A DNA stretch of 30,226 nucleotides from a virus (taxonomy: Duplodnaviria > Caudoviricetes), in IMG/VR virus record IMGVR_UViG_3300017785_003076, positions 1 through 30,226 of that record, one strand, 5' to 3'. The notes under the pieces were generated by a model. It had not been told where the DNA came from. It saw only the letters and a list, made by a program, of their open reading frames with translations, and searched no databases. Of this stretch, positions 25,862 through 30,226 are shown one piece after another (position 1 is the first letter of the stretch; each line of letters starts with the position of its first letter). A program made the position numbers and the translations under genes.

Positions 25862-26191
25862 TTATGCGCTTAACCATGCGTTAAGGTGCTGTATTACTTG
25901 TTCTTCCCACCATTCGCGGCTCATAAACCTGTATTGACCCACCTGATGCTGGTGGTGGTGTTGCTTGTGGGTTAAAGGGATGGCGCAGTATTCCGGCTTG
26001 CATCCCTTCCCGCTGTTTTTAGCCGTTCTGTAGTGCGCTGGTTCACATAGCTGCTCCCATGTGCCTGTGTCGTAGCTGTAGTTACCGTCTAGGGCGCTGG
26101 GCTGGGTTCGTAGCCATAGTAGGTACGTTTTATCTGTTCCCCGCTTTTTTAGGTCTGGCAACAGGGCTGCGTGTTGTTCTTGGAAGGTCAT
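25862..26191 (-). CDS. DUF968-like putative HNH-type nuclease
   Basis: YLLWLRTQP, EPAH, GKGCKP, AIPLTHKQH..QH pattern; some expected Cys ligands are substituted. Confidence 0.6.
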   Translation of the reverse strand: MTFQEQHAALLPDLKKRGTDKTYLLWLRTQPSALDGNYSYDTGTWEQLCEPAHYRTAKNSGKGCKPEYCAIPLTHKQHHHQHQVGQYRFMSREWWEEQVIQHLNAWLSA

Positions 26192-27570
26192 GAATAGCGC
26201 AAGGTGTGCCGGTTGAAATGCACCGTAACGTCTGCCGGAGTGCCTAGCGCATAATGATAGCGGCTCTTGGCTATGCGGATAAGGGTGTTTTCTTCATCAC
26301 GGTGAACCACAAATATCTGGTCGGGCTTGTTATACCAGTGGCTAGAATCGCTTATGTCGTATGGGGTGGGGATAGGATGTTCGCCCTCTTTGTTGGGTTT
26401 TAGCTTAGCTGGATGAGCGATAACCATAACGTGGACGCAGTATTTCTCCGCAAACTTCTTTAGGCTTTTTATCGCCTTGCCCACATATTGCGTTATCGTG
26501 GTGCTGCGCTGGTCGTATTCGTGGTCTATCTCGTTCCAAGGGTCAATCACAATCATGTTGCAGCCGTGTTGGGTCACTGCACCAGCCATAGAATCCATTA
26601 GCCAAGTCATATCAAACCACTCTTGTTCATCATCCAGCGGAACAATGAAGCTGACGTTGCGGTCTATCCATTCGTCACCCTCGGCAATCTGTTCCGGTGT
26701 TAGGTCGTAAATCGGCTGCCCGTGGTGAAGGTTTATCAATGACCGCCTGTGTTCCCTTTGGGGGTGTTGCTCAAATGAGGCGTAGCATACCTTCCAGCCG
26801 TGTCGGTCTATCAGGTTGTACGTCAAGTTATTAACAAACGTGGTTTTGCCATAGGACGGGATGCCCGTGACTACGGATAGGTCGCCCACCCTGATGCGGA
26901 TATGGTCGGCTAACTTGCCTATGCCTATGTCGTAAGCCTTATGTTCCGTTACCGGCGGCAGGTCTTTTAGCTTGAATAACCCCGAAACCCTCATGAACTG
27001 CGCCGTTTTTAGGGATGCCTCTACCCCCTTTCGCCCGTATTTCAAAAACGTGTCGTTCAGGTCTTTGCAGCCCACGGGGTATTTTATCCACTGGCAGCGG
27101 TGTTTACCGAGGCGTAAGGCTAGGTCGTTCATCAGGTTGATGCCCGCTGAATCGCTGTCTGTTGCCAAAATAATCTTGGTCATATCCTTTGGAATGTCAG
27201 ACAGATAATCGTACTTTACCGTGGCCTTGTCGCCTATTTGCTCTTTAGGCGCTCCATCAGGCACTGATACCGCAGTAAACCCGCATTGCAGGGCTATCAG
27301 GCAATCCATCTCCCCCTCGGTAATGATGATTTCCTTAGCTTCCTTTAAGGCATCAACGTTGTAAAAACACTTCTCCGCCCCTGCTTTCTGGTGGAAGCGC
27401 TTATCACCCTCTAACGTCCGATATTTGCTGTTTACCTCTACCCCGTTACGATAAACGGGAATTTCAACGCCAATACCGTCTGGCGCGGTTCGCAGTCCCA
27501 TCTTGCTGGCCAGCTCCACGTCTATCCCCCTCGCCTCCAGTAGCGTCAGATGATGCGCGGATAACCCCAT
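26188..27570 (-). CDS. TOPRIM primase + SF4 (T7 gp4/Twinkle-like) helicase lacking an in-frame zinc-binding domain
   Basis: ITEGEMD, SVPDGA, ATDSD, KDLND primase motifs; Walker A GIPSYGKT, VIDPWN, IAHP, KSRY helicase motifs; probable ATG at 27570. Confidence 0.9.
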   Translation of the reverse strand: MGLSAHHLTLLEARGIDVELASKMGLRTAPDGIGVEIPVYRNGVEVNSKYRTLEGDKRFHQKAGAEKCFYNVDALKEAKEIIITEGEMDCLIALQCGFTAVSVPDGAPKEQIGDKATVKYDYLSDIPKDMTKIILATDSDSAGINLMNDLALRLGKHRCQWIKYPVGCKDLNDTFLKYGRKGVEASLKTAQFMRVSGLFKLKDLPPVTEHKAYDIGIGKLADHIRIRVGDLSVVTGIPSYGKTTFVNNLTYNLIDRHGWKVCYASFEQHPQREHRRSLINLHHGQPIYDLTPEQIAEGDEWIDRNVSFIVPLDDEQEWFDMTWLMDSMAGAVTQHGCNMIVIDPWNEIDHEYDQRSTTITQYVGKAIKSLKKFAEKYCVHVMVIAHPAKLKPNKEGEHPIPTPYDISDSSHWYNKPDQIFVVHRDEENTLIRIAKSRYHYALGTPADVTVHFNRHTLRYS

Positions 27571-27748
27571 GCCTTCCGCAGTGGTGGCAGTTGTAAACGA
27601 GCTGTTCTGTTTCAAGCCGGACACTAAGGCATGGCTCGGATTTGTTGCTTCGGGTGTGTGAACACCATGGGCAGGTTGTTTTTTGATTTGCATTTGACGT
27701 TCCCCTAAGTCGTATTCCCTGTTTTTTGATTTGTTCTTCCAGCGTCAT
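27464..27748 (-). CDS. Stand-alone primase zinc-binding domain
   Basis: KTTCPWCSHTR...CLSV...YNCHHCG Cys4 motif; ATGA-coupled to the initiator gene stop. Confidence 0.8.
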   Translation of the reverse strand: MTLEEQIKKQGIRLRGTSNANQKTTCPWCSHTRSNKSEPCLSVRLETEQLVYNCHHCGRHGVIRASSDATGGEGDRRGAGQQDGTANRARRYWR

Positions 27749-28377
27749 AGCATGAAGCCCTTGTTCTCTGGCTTTTCCCATGCCAGCAGTTTTTTGGCTG
27801 GTTCGTCCCTCCATCGCTCACCGTTTAGCCATGTCGCTGGATGCGGTATGTATTTAGGGTCTGCGCCCTTTACAGATTCGGCGTATTGCTTGGCCGCCGT
27901 CAATAGGTCATCTGGCTGTATTTTCTTTACCGCCTTATTGTAGGCTTTTTCTGCATCGGCTGGTGCTTTCTTTTTTGGGTAGGCGGAGTAAAAATCCAAA
28001 AACCCATTCTGTCTCTCCTCTGTCTCTCCTCTGTCTCTGGGGTTACGGTTTGGTAACGGATTCGTTACGGATTCGTTACACGATTGAATATTATCAATAA
28101 ATCCAGCGTCTGCACATTCTTGCAATCCAGACGCTATTTCCTTCACATTTAACCGGAGGCGGAATGATATTTTTTCTATGCCGATACCTACCAATCCAGA
28201 CGTGGGGTCTTCATCTTCGCTGGCCAATAACCATAGCATCGGTAGCAGAGCGCGGGCGTTAGCGCTCATGCCGTGATATTCGTAATTATCCAGCATTGAC
28301 CTGTGGAATCGAATCCAAGGCGGGCGGCGGTCTTTATACGACTGATAAGATGACCAGTTTAATATGCGGATAGCCAT
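27745..28377 (-). CDS. Phage replication initiator (lambda O-like architecture)
   Basis: N-terminal PPWIRFHR..LD, low-complexity linker with DNA repeats, C-terminal YPKK...HPATWLNGERW. Confidence 0.8.
   Translation of the reverse strand: MAIRILNWSSYQSYKDRRPPWIRFHRSMLDNYEYHGMSANARALLPMLWLLASEDEDPTSGLVGIGIEKISFRLRLNVKEIASGLQECADAGFIDNIQSCNESVTNPLPNRNPRDRGETEERQNGFLDFYSAYPKKKAPADAEKAYNKAVKKIQPDDLLTAAKQYAESVKGADPKYIPHPATWLNGERWRDEPAKKLLAWEKPENKGFML
28009..28080. repeat. Putative replication origin iterons within initiator gene
   Basis: GTTAC/GTAAC at 28042, 28053, 28064, 28075 (11 bp period; ACGGATTCGTT twice) next to tandem CTGTCTCTCCT repeats. Confidence 0.65.
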
Positions 28378-28565
28378 TATGCGCCCCTCACGTCGAGAGT
28401 GTCAAAAAGGCACTGCATGACGTTATAAGAAATTAACCCTTGGCGGTATAGCTCAATGGTTAACTGTTTCTGGTCGGTGGGTGTGTGCTGGTCTAATAGG
28501 CGCGACAGTTCGCACACAATTAAGGTTTCTTCCGCGCAGGCGGTTACTTCTGGTGGTGTAATCAT
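28377..28565 (-). CDS. Small hypothetical protein (62 aa)
   Basis: Start moved to ATG at 28565 after AGGGA RBS; TAATG-coupled to the initiator. Confidence 0.6.
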   Translation of the reverse strand: MITPPEVTACAEETLIVCELSRLLDQHTPTDQKQLTIELYRQGLISYNVMQCLFDTLDVRGA

Positions 28566-28569
28566 TTGT

Positions 28570-28668
28570 GCATCCCTATGCAATCCCCATGTATTAAGAA
28601 GGCAAGGACGGCACAGCATAGGGTCTGTGCGCTAGGGATGCCTCCCTGTCCTCGCCTCGCCTTTCGGC
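28570..28668 (-). ncRNA. Putative structured cis-regulatory leader RNA
   Basis: GCC-GAAA-GGC hairpin, then 10 bp stem AGGCGAGGAC/GTCCTTGCCT enclosing AGGGA-GGCA-TCCCT and GCACAG-ACCCTATG-CTGTGC hairpins. Confidence 0.55.
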
Positions 28669-28677
28669 ATTTATAAA

Positions 28678-28706
28678 ATACTACAACAGCGGCGGCAAAA
28701 CATCAA
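28678..28706 (-). promoter_or_regulatory. Predicted promoter for the replication operon
   Basis: TTGATG-17 nt-TAGTAT directly upstream of the structured leader. Confidence 0.5.
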
Positions 28707-29029
28707 CCATTTTTATCTTTTACCACTGAAATTATTTCGTTAATCGCAAGCCCTTTGATTACTTGATCGGTCGTATATCGCAGAACGGTATAGCCAAGGA
28801 TGGATAGGCGGTTATACTTCTCCAAATCTTTGGCGTAACCCGCGCCCGTTGTGTGGCGTGATACACCCCACGTTCCACCCTCGACCTCTACAATGATATT
28901 GCGGGGAAGCAGGAAATCTACGCGCCATTTGCGTGGCTTGGCTAACATCACCTCGCGGTCAAACGGGATGCGCTCGGCCTTTAGATGGAGTGCTAGTAGT
29001 TCCTCACCCTTGCTTTTTTTCATCTGCAT
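28703..29029 (-). CDS. PD-(D/E)XK endonuclease (DUF559/Vsr-like)
   Basis: RKWRVDF...IIVEVEGGTW...RH...DLEKYN...GYTVLRYT. Confidence 0.8.
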   Translation of the reverse strand: MQMKKSKGEELLALHLKAERIPFDREVMLAKPRKWRVDFLLPRNIIVEVEGGTWGVSRHTTGAGYAKDLEKYNRLSILGYTVLRYTTDQVIKGLAINEIISVVKDKNG

Positions 29030-29144
29030 CCACCAAGTCGCTAATGTATTCGCTTTGGGTTTTGTTGGCCTTCTTAGCCAGCCGCACTATAGTCTTGATG
29101 ATATGGAATTTCAGATAAAACTGCTTCCGTTTTCCTCTAATCAT
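29004..29144 (-). CDS. Ribbon-helix-helix (Arc/CopG-like) regulator, 46 aa
   Basis: MIRGKRKQFYLKFHIIKTIVRLAKKANKTQSEYISDLV: strand-helix-turn-S-E-helix pattern; GAGG RBS before ATG at 29144. Confidence 0.65.
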   Translation of the reverse strand: MIRGKRKQFYLKFHIIKTIVRLAKKANKTQSEYISDLVDADEKKQG

Positions 29145-29162
29145 ATTTTCCTCTTTTTTGTG

Positions 29163-29216
29163 TTGACAGCGGTGTGTAGTGTTGATAAATTTACACACAC
29201 CAACGCAATCAGTCAA
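29163..29216. promoter_or_regulatory. Overlapping opposed promoters sharing a palindromic -10 region
   Basis: Plus: TTGACA(29163)-17-TAAATT(29186); minus: TTGACT(29216)-17-TAAATT(29193); flanked by GTGTGTA/TACACAC inverted repeat. Confidence 0.7.
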
Positions 29217-29224
29217 GAGGATAT

Positions 29225-29884
29225 ATGCAGAGCGAACAAATCAACGAACTAGCAGCGGCACTAGCCAAAGCACAGGCTGAATTTACCCACGCCAGCAAGG
29301 CAGTGAAGAACGAATATTTTAAATCATCCTATGCCGACCTTCCGGCGGTAATTGATGCCAGCCGCGCTGCATTGTCTAAGAACGGCCTGTGCGTCATGCA
29401 GTCCACCACGGTCAGGGAAAGCGGTGATATTTTGCTAGTTACCACCCTTGCCCACTCAGGCGGCCAATGGATTAAAGGAGAGTACCCCGTTAAGCCCGTA
29501 AAGGCCGACCCGCAGGGATATGGCAGTGCGCTCACTTATGCCCGCAGATACGCTTATTGTGCCATTGTGGGAGTTGCGGCTATTGGCGAGGATGATGACG
29601 GTAATGCTGCTAGTGGAAATCACCAGTCTAATGTTGGCATATTCAAAACGGCTATTGCCCGCAAAACGTATGTGCAAAACGTGCTGGACTCCATCGCCTT
29701 ATGTGAAACCGTGGACGACCTGAGCAACGTATGGACGGTGAACGCTAAGAAGGTTAAGGAAATGACCGACAGCGGGAATGAGCATGACGGGCTGGGGGCT
29801 GATGAGCTGGTTAAGATGAAAGACCTCAAGAAAGCCTCATTACTAAATATTCAACTGGATAACGAATTTAAGGAGCGCGTATGA
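29225..29884 (+). CDS. erf: ERF-family single-strand annealing protein
   Basis: ELAAALAKAQ, N.YFKSSYADL, LAHSGGQW, PQGYGSALTYARRY...GV...EDDDGN signature. Confidence 0.92.
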   Translation: MQSEQINELAAALAKAQAEFTHASKAVKNEYFKSSYADLPAVIDASRAALSKNGLCVMQSTTVRESGDILLVTTLAHSGGQWIKGEYPVKPVKADPQGYGSALTYARRYAYCAIVGVAAIGEDDDGNAASGNHQSNVGIFKTAIARKTYVQNVLDSIALCETVDDLSNVWTVNAKKVKEMTDSGNEHDGLGADELVKMKDLKKASLLNIQLDNEFKERV

Positions 29885-30114
29885 ACTACAAGGTAAGCTT
29901 AAAGATTAACGGCAAGTGGCAGACCGTTGGAACGGTGAAGGAAAACAAATTCGGCAATATGTCGCTAGGCATGATGAAAAAGCCGGAAGTGTTGGAGCAT
30001 CTTCAGGGTGATGGATGGGCTAACTTTGCGCTGTTTGAGGATGACGGGGAGCGCAAGCCTAAGGCGGAAAGCGAAGCAAAGCCGATTGATGATAATTCCA
30101 CTATTCCATTTTGA
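29881..30114 (+). CDS. Small ssDNA-binding-like protein
   Basis: WQTVGTV beta motif, acidic tail ending DDNSTIPF like SSB C-termini; ATGA-coupled to erf. Confidence 0.6.
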   Translation: MNYKVSLKINGKWQTVGTVKENKFGNMSLGMMKKPEVLEHLQGDGWANFALFEDDGERKPKAESEAKPIDDNSTIPF

Positions 30115-30116
30115 CC

Positions 30117-30226
30117 ATGATAGACATTGCATCCATATACAAAAAGCTGGTGCAGTCTGGCGAGGATTGGGCTGATAAGAACGGCGCTGCTGATATGCTG
30201 GAAGAAACACGGCATACGGTGCTGAA
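30117..30226 (+). CDS. Partial hypothetical protein (runs off window end)
   Basis: MIDIASIYKKLVQSGEDWADKNGAADMLEETRHTVL..., starts 2 nt after previous stop. Confidence 0.6.
   Translation, partial: MIDIASIYKKLVQSGEDWADKNGAADMLEETRHTVL

Noticed and set aside
27571-27693. N-terminal 41 aa of the 501-aa primase-helicase track ORF
   Set aside because: Overlaps the zinc-finger ORF in another frame and looks non-protein-like; ATG at 27570 preferred
1-30226. Alternative genetic code or stop-codon reassignment
   Set aside because: Core genes are full length and densely packed under the standard code, and TAA, TGA and TAG all end genes

Overview
A ~30 kb segment of a tailed dsDNA phage or prophage with a P22-like (podovirus) virion module. 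Almost all genes are on the minus strand. Reading from the right end: a plus-strand recombination arm (ERF annealase, SSB-like gene) diverges from a minus-strand arm with a small ribbon-helix-helix regulator, a PD-(D/E)XK nuclease, a lambda-O-like initiator with an internal iteron origin, a split T7 gp4/Twinkle-like primase-helicase and a DUF968-like nuclease. Then come TerS, TerL, portal, a ~4.5 kb insert with three glycine-rich paralogues, scaffold, coat, gp4/gp10-like tail proteins, three ejection proteins, a tail fibre, a lysis region (DUF5675 candidate endolysin, DEDDy exonuclease, holin, embedded spanins) and small accessory genes with a tRNA-like RNA. No integrase or cI-type repressor is visible, so lifestyle and host are undetermined. 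The most notable observations are NrdR-box-like 16-mers inside three predicted late promoters, a structured RNA leader that can pair with the RBS upstream of the replication genes, a tRNA-like RNA lacking a canonical anticodon arm, the frame-split primase and several unannotated micro-ORFs. All family assignments are from motif recognition by eye; no searches were run.
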